Below are positions 7,337 through 15,310 of a stretch of DNA of 38,217 bases, piece by piece; within the stretch, counting starts at the first letter, position 1; every line of letters starts with the position of its first letter. The stretch spans positions 1-38,217 of the forward strand of contig DBGCIZ010000160.1 in NCBI GenBank assembly GCA_048355355.1, read 5' to 3'. The position numbers and the translations under genes are program-made. This DNA is from Christensenellaceae bacterium (GTDB lineage: Bacteria; Bacillota; Clostridia; Christensenellales; Christensenellaceae). The notes beneath the pieces are model-generated. The model was not told where the DNA came from and did no database searches. It was given only the letters and a program-made list of their open reading frames with translations.

Positions 7337-7447
7337 TGCTTTTTTGAGGGAAGGGAAAAAATCGAGACTAATTTCACTGGCGGAGTTTTTTCTGAAAATA
7401 AGTGAAAAAACAGGGGCGGGAGGGTACATACAGCGGCGTTCCGGCTA

Positions 7448-7476
7448 TTGAATTTACGGATAATACAATGTATAAT
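7448..7476 (+). promoter_or_regulatory. SigmaA-type promoter for transketolase
   Basis: TTGAAT (7448-7453), 17 nt, TATAAT (7471-7476). Confidence 0.75.
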
Positions 7477-7553
7477 AAGTTCGTATGTAAGTTGGCATAA
7501 GGTGAGCGCGGCCATGCGCGAACGAGATATTTTGATTTACAGGAGGAACCAAG

Positions 7554-9533
7554 ATGCAACCAATTGATAACCTCAGCGTCAATACGATTCGAGTGCTGAG
7601 CGCAGAGGCGATTAACAAGTCCAATTCTGGCCACCCGGGTCTGCCTATGGGCGCGGCGCCCTTGGCGTACACCGTCTTTTCCAGGCACCTGCGGAATAAC
7701 CCCTACGATTTGAAGTGGATCAACAGGGACAGATTCGTCCTTTCGGCAGGGCATGGCTCCATGCTGCTGTATTCCCTGTTCCACCTCTTTGGCTATGGCG
7801 TGACCATGGACGATATCAAGTCCTTCCGTCAGTGGGGCTCTAAGACGCCGGGGCACCCGGAATACGGCCATACGCCTGGCGTGGAGACCACCACCGGCCC
7901 CCTGGGCATGGGCGTAGCCAACGCAGTTGGCATGGCCATGGCAGAAGCCCATCTGGCAGCGGTGTTTAACAAGCCGGGCTACGATATTATCGACCATTAT
8001 ACCTATGTCGTAACAGGAGACGGCTGCCTGGAGGAAGGCATTTCTGCCGAGGCATCCTCTCTGGCGGGACATCTGAAGCTGGGCAAGCTGATTCTGATTT
8101 ACGACAGGAACCAGATTACCATTGAGGGAGAGACTGGCCTGGCCTTTACTGAGGACGTCGGCAAGAGATACGAGGCCTATGGCTGGCAGGTGCTCAACGT
8201 GGCAGACGGCAACCAGGATTTGGACGCTATCGATAAGGCCATTCAGGAGGCAAAGGCAGAGAAATCCAAGCCCTCTATCATCATCGTCAATACGGCCATT
8301 GGCTATGGCTGCCCGCCGGTTCAGGGCTCCAGCAAGTGCCATGGCTCTCCTCTGGGCGCGGAAAACCTGAAAATCCTGAAGGAAAACCTGGGCTTCGATA
8401 CGGAAAAGGAGTTCTACGTCCCCGAAGAGGTCTATGCAAACTGCAAGGCCATTACGGACAAGAGCGTCACCGCCGAGGCAGAGTGGAAGGTCATGTTCGG
8501 CAACTACTGCAAAGAGTATCCCGAGATGGAGAAGCTCTATAACCAGTATATGAGCGAGGTGCCGCAGGATATTTTTGACGATAAATTCTATACCTTTGAT
8601 AAGCCCATGGCTACCAGACAGTCCTCCGGCGTGGTGCTGAACCGGCTGGCAGAGGTGCTGCCCAGCCTGATTGGCGGCTCTGCAGACCTGGCGCCCTCCA
8701 ACAACTCCAGGATGAACAGCAGAGAGGACTTCGGGCCGGATAACTACGCAGGCTCCAACATCCATTTCGGCATTCGTGAATTTGCCATGTCGGCCATTGC
8801 CAATGGCATGTACCTCCACGGCGGTACGCTGCCCTATGTGGCAACCTTCTTCGTGTTTAGCGACTATTTGAAGCACGGCATCCGGCTTTCTGCCCTCATG
8901 GGGGTGCCCACCATCTATGTTCTGACCCACGACAGCATCGGCGTCGGCGAGGACGGCCCCACCCATGAGCCCATTGAGCAGCTGGCAGCGGCCCGGGCCA
9001 TTCCGGACAGCTACACCTGGCGCCCCGCAGACTCTAAGGAAACGGCGGCGGCCTACCAGTGCGCATTGACCATGCACAAGCCGGCTGTTTTGGCCCTGAG
9101 CCGCCAGACCCTGCCTCTCTATGAGGAGACGGGCAAAGAGGCCCTGAAGGGCGCTTACATCCTGAAGGACTGCGCCGGCAAGCCGGAGCTGATTCTCATC
9201 GGAACGGGCTCTGAGGTGGAAATCTGCATGAAGGCCTACGAGACCCTGACCGCAGAGGGCATCAAGACGAGAGTGGTCTCCATGCCCTGCATGGAGCTCT
9301 TTGACGAGCAGAACGACAACTATAAGGAGCGGATTCTGCCCAGCGACGTCCGGGCGAGGATTGCCGTAGAGGCGGGATGCTCCTTCGGCTGGGAGCGCTA
9401 TGTGGGCCTGGATGGCGACACCGTCACCATCGACCACTTTGGCGCGTCTGCCCCGGCGGGAACGCTGTTTAAGGAATTTGGCTTTACGGCGGAAAATATT
9501 GTGGCAAAGGCCAAAAAGCTTTTGGAAAAATAA
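7554..9533 (+). CDS. tkt: Transketolase
   Basis: 659 aa with SD AGGAGG. The N-terminus [27 protein letters not shown] and the motifs [10 protein letters not shown] and [19 protein letters not shown] are canonical single-chain transketolase motifs. Confidence 0.95.
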   Translation: MQPIDNLSVNTIRVLSAEAINKSNSGHPGLPMGAAPLAYTVFSRHLRNNPYDLKWINRDRFVLSAGHGSMLLYSLFHLFGYGVTMDDIKSFRQWGSKTPGHPEYGHTPGVETTTGPLGMGVANAVGMAMAEAHLAAVFNKPGYDIIDHYTYVVTGDGCLEEGISAEASSLAGHLKLGKLILIYDRNQITIEGETGLAFTEDVGKRYEAYGWQVLNVADGNQDLDAIDKAIQEAKAEKSKPSIIIVNTAIGYGCPPVQGSSKCHGSPLGAENLKILKENLGFDTEKEFYVPEEVYANCKAITDKSVTAEAEWKVMFGNYCKEYPEMEKLYNQYMSEVPQDIFDDKFYTFDKPMATRQSSGVVLNRLAEVLPSLIGGSADLAPSNNSRMNSREDFGPDNYAGSNIHFGIREFAMSAIANGMYLHGGTLPYVATFFVFSDYLKHGIRLSALMGVPTIYVLTHDSIGVGEDGPTHEPIEQLAAARAIPDSYTWRPADSKETAAAYQCALTMHKPAVLALSRQTLPLYEETGKEALKGAYILKDCAGKPELILIGTGSEVEICMKAYETLTAEGIKTRVVSMPCMELFDEQNDNYKERILPSDVRARIAVEAGCSFGWERYVGLDGDTVTIDHFGASAPAGTLFKEFGFTAENIVAKAKKLLEK

Positions 9534-9548
9534 TCCCATCGCAAGAGA

Positions 9549-9582
9549 ACGCGGCGCAGCTTCGGCGGCGCTGCGTTTTTTT
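9549..9582 (+). terminator. Rho-independent terminator after tkt
   Basis: Imperfect stem of about 12 bp (ACGCGGCGCAGC / GCGGCGCTGCGT) closing a TTCG tetraloop, followed by TTTTTTT. Confidence 0.9.
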
Positions 9583-9913
9583 GCGGGGCGGCAGCCCGCG
9601 CGAGGCTGCTTGATTTGCGGTTTACAAAAGGTTTACAATTTCAGGCGATACGCAGGTCAGGCAGGATGAAAAATGCCTGTTTCATCGCTAAAACCGCTAA
9701 TGAAAAAGAAAATAGTAGATGTGAAAAAATTATATTTATTCGAAAAAACGCCGGAAAAAGTTGATAAATATGCAAAAAACACCGGGAAACAGTTATAATT
9801 GATACGACTTGTTAAAACTCTATTCACATATGTAGTTTACAATAGGCCTCAAGCGAACGGTTCGTGGATAACGGCAAAAGCCGTTAAATAATATTTTTTT
9901 GGAGGAATTCAAA

Positions 9914-10198
9914 ATGAAAAAAATCGCACTGGTTATCGCTGTACTGGTAGCTATGGTGGCTATGGTTGCCTGCGGTAGTGAGACGACGGAGACTGCATCT
10001 CCCTCCACCTCTGCGGCAGCTTCGGTAGAGCCTTCTGCGGACGCTTCTACGGCGCCTTCTGACGATGCAGATGCTTCTACGGCACCTTCTGACGATGCAG
10101 ACGCTTCTGCAAGCGCAGCTGCTTCTGACGACGCAGGCGCCTCTGCAAGCGCAGCTGCTTCCGACGATGCAGGCGCTTCCGCAAGCGCAGCTGCATAA
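9914..10198 (+). CDS. Small repeat-rich Ala/Ser/Asp lipoprotein
   Basis: Trimmed to ATG 9914 with GGAGG 8 nt upstream. The signal peptide MKKIALVIAVLVAMVAMVAC-GS ends in a lipobox-like cysteine. The rest is low-complexity A/S/D/T/P repeats. Confidence 0.6.
   Translation: MKKIALVIAVLVAMVAMVACGSETTETASPSTSAAASVEPSADASTAPSDDADASTAPSDDADASASAAASDDAGASASAAASDDAGASASAAA
10040..10195 (+). repeat. In-frame tandem repeats inside the lipoprotein gene
   Basis: A 30-bp unit occurs twice (10040-10069 and 10070-10099, encoding DASTAPSDDA). A 36-bp unit occurs about 2.6 times (10103-10138, 10139-10174, partial 10175-10195, encoding ASASAAASDDAG). Confidence 0.9.
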
Positions 10199-10220
10199 GA
10201 AGCTGGAAAAGGGCAAAACA

Positions 10221-10252
10221 GAGCGCGGCAGACGCTGCGCTCATTTTTTTTT
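10221..10252 (+). terminator. Rho-independent terminator after the lipoprotein gene
   Basis: GAGCGCGGC, loop AGAC, GCTGCGCTC (one G-U pair), then ATTTTTTTTT. Confidence 0.9.
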
Positions 10253-10277
10253 GTCTTGAGAGAGGACTGCTCGGCAG

Positions 10278-10307
10278 AAAAAAGGCGCTCCGTCAATCGG
10301 GAGCGCC
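10278..10307 (-). terminator. Orphan minus-strand terminator-like hairpin
   Basis: GGCGCTCC (10284-10291) pairs with GGAGCGCC (10300-10307). On the minus strand the hairpin is followed by TTTTTT (10283-10278). No annotated minus-strand gene lies upstream of it. Confidence 0.5.
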
Positions 10308-10467
10308 CACACAATGGAGGAAAATTAGAAAAAGTATTACTCTTTATAAATGATTAACTTTTCTATCTCTATATTATACGCAAAAGCGTCGAAATGATAT
10401 AGGATTCGTGTAAACTGTTTGTAACTTAATAAGAACAACCTGTAACATAACCGTATCAAAGGAGGCG

Positions 10468-10496
10468 TTGCATTTGCCGCCCCAGGTTGCTATAAT
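10468..10496 (+). promoter_or_regulatory. SigmaA-type promoter for the kinase/membrane/FucU-like operon
   Basis: TTGCAT (10468-10473), 17 nt, TGc-TATAAT (10491-10496). This explains why the TTG-initiated 5' extension of the ORF-track entry is not coding. Confidence 0.75.
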
Positions 10497-10542
10497 AGCG
10501 AAGGAACGCAAAATAGGCGGAAAAACAGACGAGGTAAGCAGA

Positions 10543-11382
10543 ATGTCGCACTTTGATTTTGACGTAGTAGTAAAAATTGGCTCCATGGCGTTGATTCGCA
10601 AGGAGGACAACGATTTAGATTACAATATTTTTTCCCGTTTGGCCCACGATTTGAAGCCGGGCTACATTCTGGTCAGCTCCGGCGCAGCCGAAATTGGAAG
10701 AATTGACTATATGAAACGCAACGGCACAGAGCTGAAGGGGGACATGGAGGAGATTAAGATTGACTACGCCGCCCAGGGGCAGGCCATCCTGATGGAGACC
10801 TACCGCAGGTTTATCGACCCCAGGTACTCCGTGCGGCAGATCCTGGTGGAGCACAGCCATTTTAATGACCATGAAAAATCGGAGCATATCAGAAAGTTTT
10901 TCTACCGGTGCGCCAACCAGAACGCCATCCCCATTGTGAACTACAACGACCCGGTCTCGAACGAGGAGACCAGAAAGCTGGAAATCGTCTCCCTGCGGGA
11001 CAAGGACAGGGAGGTAGTAGAGTGCGTGGATAACGACGAGACGGCCGCTGTCATCACCCAGTTGGTGCGGGCGGAGAAGCTGGTCATGCTGACCACTACG
11101 GACGGCATCTATGCAGACCCGAAGGACCCGACGACGCTGATTGAGGAGGTAGTGGGGCACGACGCAGACGATATTAACAAAAAAATCGACGCGCTGATGG
11201 AGTACTGCCAGGGCGCCTCCAGAGAGGGCGCCAACGGCGCCAGAGCAAAGCTGACCTTTGCCAGAAAGCCCCTGGAGCATGGGGCCACGGTTATTATCGC
11301 AGGCGCGCAGCACAGGCTGGCCGACATTCTGGCGGGGAAGGTCAAATGCACGACTTTGAAAATTGAGGATACCAGGCTATGA
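10543..11382 (+). CDS. Amino-acid-kinase-family protein, glutamate-5-kinase-like, without a PUA domain
   Basis: Trimmed to ATG 10543 with GAGG 8 nt upstream. Length is 279 aa. It is colinear with ProB motifs: VVKIGSMAL, ILVSSGAAEIGR, AAQGQAILME, IPIVNYNDPV, VDNDETAAV, LTTTDGIYADPKD. Confidence 0.7.
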   Translation: MSHFDFDVVVKIGSMALIRKEDNDLDYNIFSRLAHDLKPGYILVSSGAAEIGRIDYMKRNGTELKGDMEEIKIDYAAQGQAILMETYRRFIDPRYSVRQILVEHSHFNDHEKSEHIRKFFYRCANQNAIPIVNYNDPVSNEETRKLEIVSLRDKDREVVECVDNDETAAVITQLVRAEKLVMLTTTDGIYADPKDPTTLIEEVVGHDADDINKKIDALMEYCQGASREGANGARAKLTFARKPLEHGATVIIAGAQHRLADILAGKVKCTTLKIEDTRL

Positions 11383-11627
11383 ATAAAAAAGCAATGATTG
11401 CTATGCTGCTGATGCTGGCGGCAATTATCGTCGTCTTTGCAGTGCTCTATTTTGTCTATCAGGATACGTCGTTTATTCTTTACGCCCTGCTGGCAATCGG
11501 CGTATTGAATGTGGTAAACGGCGTGATTGCCGTAAAATCCGGCATGAAGAGCCCGGGCGTGATTTTTCTGGCGGGAGGCATTGCGCTGACCGTATTCATG
11601 CTGCTGGCCATCTTTGTATTGCGATAG
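11379..11627 (+). CDS. Small hypothetical membrane protein (3 predicted TM helices)
   Basis: 82 aa and very hydrophobic. Its ATG overlaps the upstream stop (ATGA), which suggests translational coupling. Confidence 0.55.
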   Translation: MNKKAMIAMLLMLAAIIVVFAVLYFVYQDTSFILYALLAIGVLNVVNGVIAVKSGMKSPGVIFLAGGIALTVFMLLAIFVLR

Positions 11628-11645
11628 AAAGGAAGGAACAGAGAC

Positions 11646-12086
11646 ATGCTGAAGCATATTCCCAATATGTTACCCCCTGAGCTGGTGAAGCTGATGATGG
11701 AGATGGGGCAGGGAGACGAGCTGCTGCTGGCGGAGGCCAACTTCCCCACGGGCAGCTATGGACCCAAGGAGGCCGGAATCGTGCGCATGGACGGCGCCGG
11801 CATGGCGGAGACGCTGGCCGCGGTTTTGCAGCTATTTCCCCTGGACGAAAGGGACCAGAAGCCCTGCACGGTTTGCAAGGCGGATGACGACGCGCCTGAG
11901 CCGGCAATCTGGCAGGCCATGGCGGAGGCGGTAGCGCAAAGCGAGGAAGCCCGCAAAAATGACCAGGGCTTCGACAGGCTGGAGCGATATTCCTTTTACA
12001 AACGGTGCGGCGACGTATGCTGCATGGTCATCACGGGAGAGCAGACTCCCCATAGCAGCATTATTCTAAAAAAAGGCGCCGTCTGA
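11646..12086 (+). CDS. RbsD/FucU-family (L-fucose mutarotase-like) protein, divergent
   Basis: 146 aa. MLKHIPNMLPPELVKLMMEMGQGDELLLAEANFP and the C-terminal VITGEQTPHSSIILKKGAV are colinear with FucU, but GHGD is replaced by GQGD. Confidence 0.7.
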   Translation: MLKHIPNMLPPELVKLMMEMGQGDELLLAEANFPTGSYGPKEAGIVRMDGAGMAETLAAVLQLFPLDERDQKPCTVCKADDDAPEPAIWQAMAEAVAQSEEARKNDQGFDRLERYSFYKRCGDVCCMVITGEQTPHSSIILKKGAV

Positions 12087-12100
12087 GCGGCGAAGCTACG

Positions 12101-12141
12101 AAAAAAAGGCGACAGGAGGCTCCCCGTCGCCTTATTTTTTT
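12101..12141. terminator. Bidirectional rho-independent terminator
   Basis: AAGGCGAC (12106-12113) pairs with GTCGCCTT (12126-12133). The hairpin is flanked by an A7 run upstream and a T8 run downstream. Confidence 0.8.
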
Positions 12142-12342
12142 GCCCTTAAGCCGCAAAGTTCCAATGCCTGCGCGAAGCTGGAGAAGTAGTTGGCGTGGCC
12201 TTAGCGCTATACCTGCCGCCACTTTGGCGGTATTGCGAAAAGGTCATGGCGTTGCGCTGGTGGGCGATGGCTGCAATGTCCCTCAAAAATGCAGAGAGAA
12301 GGGCTGTTTTCCCGTTGGTTAGAGCCCATGCCGCTGCCTCCC

Positions 12343-13083
12343 TTAACAATTGATTTTATCCCAAAGGTTATACTGGTCCACATTGCGGATGGCGGCCAGA
12401 ATATTTTTCTTGGCATTGGGATTGAGCTGAAGCAGATGGCGAAGCAGCTCCCCCATCTCTGCCCGCTTGGTCTCTCCATTGACGGGGCAGGGATTTTTGG
12501 AGATGGGCAGCTCCAGCCGGTTGGCCGCGCCGATGATGTGCTTTTCGCTCAGGAGAATAAAGGGGCGGATGAGGGTGATGTCGCTGCGGGTCAGATAGGT
12601 TTTGGGCGAAAAGGTGTTGATTTTCGATTCATAGACCAGGCTCATGAGCAGCGTCTCCATCAAATCCTCCGCATGATGGCCGAAGGCCGCCTTGTTGCAG
12701 CCCTCCCGCTTGGCCGCCTTGTAAAAGGCGCCCTTTCGCAACATAGCGCACAGGGCGCAGGGGTTTTTTTCGTTCCGCACGTCAAAGATGATAGAGCCGA
12801 TTTCTGTTTTTTCCACAAAATAGGGGATGCCTAAGGGCTCAATAAAGGACCGCAGGGTCTGAGTATCAAAGCCATCGTAGCCCAAATCCACGGTAATCGC
12901 AACCAGCTGATAATCCAGCTTTCTGTATTTTTGAAACAAATGCAGGGCGTAAAGCAACAGCATGGAATCCTTCCCGCCAGAGACGCCTACGGCAATCCGG
13001 TCGCCATTTTGAATCATGCCGAATTCCTCTACGGCCTGGCGCATATGGCCCAGCACCTGCTTAAGATAATAGTTTTTGTTCAT
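12343..13083 (-). CDS. TtcA-family PP-loop ATPase (tRNA 2-thiocytidine synthetase-like)
   Basis: Trimmed to ATG 13083 (MNKNYYLKQV...) with SD GAGGTG. Length is 246 aa. It has the PP-loop SGGKDS and the Fe-S cysteines CALC and NPCP. Confidence 0.75.
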   Translation of the reverse strand: MNKNYYLKQVLGHMRQAVEEFGMIQNGDRIAVGVSGGKDSMLLLYALHLFQKYRKLDYQLVAITVDLGYDGFDTQTLRSFIEPLGIPYFVEKTEIGSIIFDVRNEKNPCALCAMLRKGAFYKAAKREGCNKAAFGHHAEDLMETLLMSLVYESKINTFSPKTYLTRSDITLIRPFILLSEKHIIGAANRLELPISKNPCPVNGETKRAEMGELLRHLLQLNPNAKKNILAAIRNVDQYNLWDKINC

Positions 13084-13104
13084 CGCATTCACCTCGCCTC
13101 TATG

Positions 13105-13133
13105 AGTATACCGGCTTTTGGCCCGTTTGGCAA
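13105..13133 (-). promoter_or_regulatory. SigmaA-type promoter for the TtcA-like gene
   Basis: On the minus strand, TTGCCA, 17 nt, TATACT. Confidence 0.65.
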
Positions 13134-13141
13134 TGCGGCAG

Positions 13142-13179
13142 AAAAAAGAAACAGGGCCCTGGCCGAAGCCAGCGCCCTG
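13142..13179 (-). terminator. Rho-independent terminator after fucI
   Basis: On the minus strand, a 12-bp stem (one mismatch) closes a TTCG tetraloop, followed by TTTCTTTTTT. Confidence 0.85.
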
Positions 13180-13195
13180 CTCCATAGGCTGATAT

Positions 13196-14983
13196 TTATT
13201 TATAGAGGGGGCCGAAATTCTGGCAAGCTCTATAGTCTGCGCCCTCCAGGTCGGCAGTGCCGAAGGCAGCCCAAGCGGAAGGGCGGAAGATGCGGGATGC
13301 GTCTACGTTATGCATCGATACGGGAATCCGCAGCATGGATGCCATGGTAATCAAATCTGCGCCGATATGGCCGTAGCAGAATGCGCCGTGGTTGGCGCCC
13401 CAGTTTGCCATGACGCTATACACATCGGTAAAGGGGCCCTTGCCCGTCAGAATGGGGGCAAACCAGGTGGTAGGCCAGGTGGGGTCGGTCCGCTGGTCTA
13501 AGGTGCGGTGAACCTCCGGGTCCAGCTGGCAGGTGTAGCCCTCGGCAAGCTGAAGCACCGGGCCCAAGCCCTTGATGAAATTGAGGCGGGCCATGGTGAC
13601 AGGCATACCGCCGCGGGTACCCATCTTAAAGTGAGAGCTGAAGCCGCCGCCGCGGAAATACTGCCGGTCTGCGGGGCACCAGTCTGTGGCGGCCAGGCAG
13701 GCTTTGGCATCCGCCTCGGACATTTCGTAGAAGGGGCGAATAATGGGGGTGCCTTCCCCGTCGATGACGGCGCCGGTGCCATCCAATGCGGCAGCGCCGG
13801 AGTTGATGAGGTGGATGATGCCGTTCTTCGCGTAGCCCTCCAGCTCCTGGCCCGTAACCCGCTTGACAGCCTCTGGGCTCCAATAGGTGCGGACGTCGGC
13901 AAAAATGCCGGGCGTACCGGTGAGCAGATGCTCCAGCAGCATGGTCATGGCGTTGAGCGTGTCGTTCTCTGTGGCGACGACGAAGGACTCCCGCAGGCCG
14001 TTCCAGTCGAACTGGCTGTTGAGCATGGCCTCGAGGAAGTCGAAGTTGGGCATGAAGTCCGTCCACTGCCGCTGGCCCTGGATGCCGGCGACGATAGCGT
14101 TATGGCCGCAGCTTTCTTCGATGTAGCCCATCTCGGCCAGCTTGGGGTTGCCAATCATCAGGTCGCGGACGATGAGCATGGCCTTGACGACAAATTTCCA
14201 CTGCGCATCCTTTTCCTCCCGGGTGAACTTGATTTCGTCGGCGTTTTTGTCGAAGCCCTCGGGGCAGTTTTCCTTCGTCCAACGGAGGGCCCGCTCAAAC
14301 TCCTCGTGGTCGTAAATGCCCAGGTTGACGCGGCGCATAATTTCAGACTCGTCTACAGATTCCGAACGGATGCCAAAGTATTCCTGCATCAAATCGTGAT
14401 TCAGAATAGAGCCGGCAATGCCCATGCACATAGAGCCAATTTGCAGATAGCTGTTGGCCCGCATGCACTTGACGGCAATGCCTGCCTTGACAAAGCGGAG
14501 AATTTTTTCCTTTACGTCCTCGGGGATAGAGGAATCCGTTGCGTCCTGGACGTCGTGGCCATAGATGGCGAAGGCGGGAAGGCCCTTTTGCGCGTGGGCA
14601 GCCAACACGGCAGCCAGATACACTGCGCCGGGGCGCTCTGTTCCGTTAAAGCCCCAGACCGCCTTAATGGTGGTGGGGTCAAAATCCATGGTCTCCGTGC
14701 CGTAGCACCAGCAGGGGGAGACAGTCAGCGTGACGCCAACGCCCTCCCGCTCAAACTTTTCCTGGCAGCGAGCCGCCTCGGCCACGCCGCCAATGGTGGA
14801 ATCGGCGATAACCACCTCTACGGGCTGGCCGTTGGGGTATTTCAGATTTTCCCGGATGAGGGCGGCGGCAGCGTTGGCCATGCCCATGGTCTGGCCCTCC
14901 AGGCTCTCCCGGATGCCCTGCCGGCGGCCATCGATTGCGGGACGGATTCCTACCTTGGGAAGTGAAATGTGATTGCGGTTCAT
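13196..14983 (-). CDS. fucI: L-fucose isomerase
   Basis: 595 aa with SD AAGGAGG. The N-terminus [22 protein letters not shown]...[16 protein letters not shown] and the length are characteristic of FucI. Confidence 0.9.
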   Translation of the reverse strand: MNRNHISLPKVGIRPAIDGRRQGIRESLEGQTMGMANAAAALIRENLKYPNGQPVEVVIADSTIGGVAEAARCQEKFEREGVGVTLTVSPCWCYGTETMDFDPTTIKAVWGFNGTERPGAVYLAAVLAAHAQKGLPAFAIYGHDVQDATDSSIPEDVKEKILRFVKAGIAVKCMRANSYLQIGSMCMGIAGSILNHDLMQEYFGIRSESVDESEIMRRVNLGIYDHEEFERALRWTKENCPEGFDKNADEIKFTREEKDAQWKFVVKAMLIVRDLMIGNPKLAEMGYIEESCGHNAIVAGIQGQRQWTDFMPNFDFLEAMLNSQFDWNGLRESFVVATENDTLNAMTMLLEHLLTGTPGIFADVRTYWSPEAVKRVTGQELEGYAKNGIIHLINSGAAALDGTGAVIDGEGTPIIRPFYEMSEADAKACLAATDWCPADRQYFRGGGFSSHFKMGTRGGMPVTMARLNFIKGLGPVLQLAEGYTCQLDPEVHRTLDQRTDPTWPTTWFAPILTGKGPFTDVYSVMANWGANHGAFCYGHIGADLITMASMLRIPVSMHNVDASRIFRPSAWAAFGTADLEGADYRACQNFGPLYK

Positions 14984-15058
14984 GGTAACAACCTCCTTAA
15001 CATATTGATGAGCGTTTGATAAAAGCTAGTTTTAATGCCTGTCCAATTTGCCATTTGC

Positions 15059-15070
15059 CGAAACGTTTCG
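15059..15070. promoter_or_regulatory. LacI/GalR-type operator-like palindrome at the fucI transcription start
   Basis: CGAAACGTTTCG is a perfect 12-bp palindrome. It begins 8 nt downstream of the fucI -10 box. Confidence 0.55.
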
Positions 15071-15078
15071 ACGAAATT

Positions 15079-15107
15079 ATTTTATCACCACCATCTGCCT
15101 GTGTCAA
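15079..15107 (-). promoter_or_regulatory. SigmaA-type promoter for fucI
   Basis: On the minus strand, TTGACA, 17 nt, TGa-TAAAAT, with an A-rich tract upstream of the -35 box. Confidence 0.75.
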
Positions 15108-15310
15108 TGGATTTTTTCCATAAATTGCGGGCAATTTCAGCGCATTCGGAAGGAAAATCTGCGCCAGGGCGCTTGGCCGAAAATATCCTATTTTTATAGT
15201 TAAATTGATATTTCTTGCAGGAACCCACATATATTAATAGCGACACATGTTTATTTTACAAAATTATGGGAAGAGTTATAGATAACATCAATATAAAAGG
15301 AGTAAATGAA

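Noticed and set aside
7374-9539. A very long (721 aa) minus-strand ORF opposite transketolase. Similar long antisense ORFs lie at 2725-3792, 4170-5684, 13508-14965, 15326-16378, 19765-20859, 20516-21493, 23598-24701, 28971-30323 and 35231-36721.
   Set aside because: Each lies exactly opposite a gene with unmistakable family motifs. Their translations are low-complexity (Gly/Ala/Arg/Leu/His/Val-rich) with no recognisable motifs and no SD or promoter. Such shadow ORFs are expected in GC-rich coding DNA because stop codons are rare on the antisense strand.
9666-9767. A 33-codon ORF (MKNACFIAKTANEKENSRCEKIIFIRKNAGKS) in the AT-rich gap after tkt.
   Set aside because: There is no convincing SD or promoter. 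The composition simply reflects the AT-rich intergenic sequence, and no motif is recognisable.
9860-9898. A short hairpin AACGGC-AAAA-GCCGTT followed by a T-run, immediately upstream of the lipoprotein SD. It could be a leader attenuator.
   Set aside because: It is only a 6-bp stem. I could not identify a promoter upstream or any alternative pairing, so the evidence is insufficient.
10040-10195. Regularly spaced 30-36-bp repeats that could be mistaken for a CRISPR array or minisatellite.
   Set aside because: The repeats are directly abutting with no unique spacers. They are in frame inside an ORF that has a signal peptide, and there are no cas genes. They are coding tandem repeats.
10468-10542. 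A 25-codon N-terminal extension of the kinase-like ORF, starting at TTG 10468 just after AAAGGAGG.
   Set aside because: The same bases form a near-consensus promoter (TTGCAT-17-TGcTATAAT), so they are probably untranscribed or leader sequence. The internal ATG at 10543 has its own GAGG and gives the usual short ProB-like N-terminus. The extension is not fully excluded.
12146-12349. A 67-aa minus-strand ORF containing TNGKTALLSAF, which superficially resembles a P-loop (GKT). It could be a pseudogene remnant of an ATPase.
   Set aside because: It starts at TTG with no SD. The GxxxxGK(T/S) spacing is not satisfied (LTNGKT), and there are no other NTPase motifs. It is too short and too weak to call.
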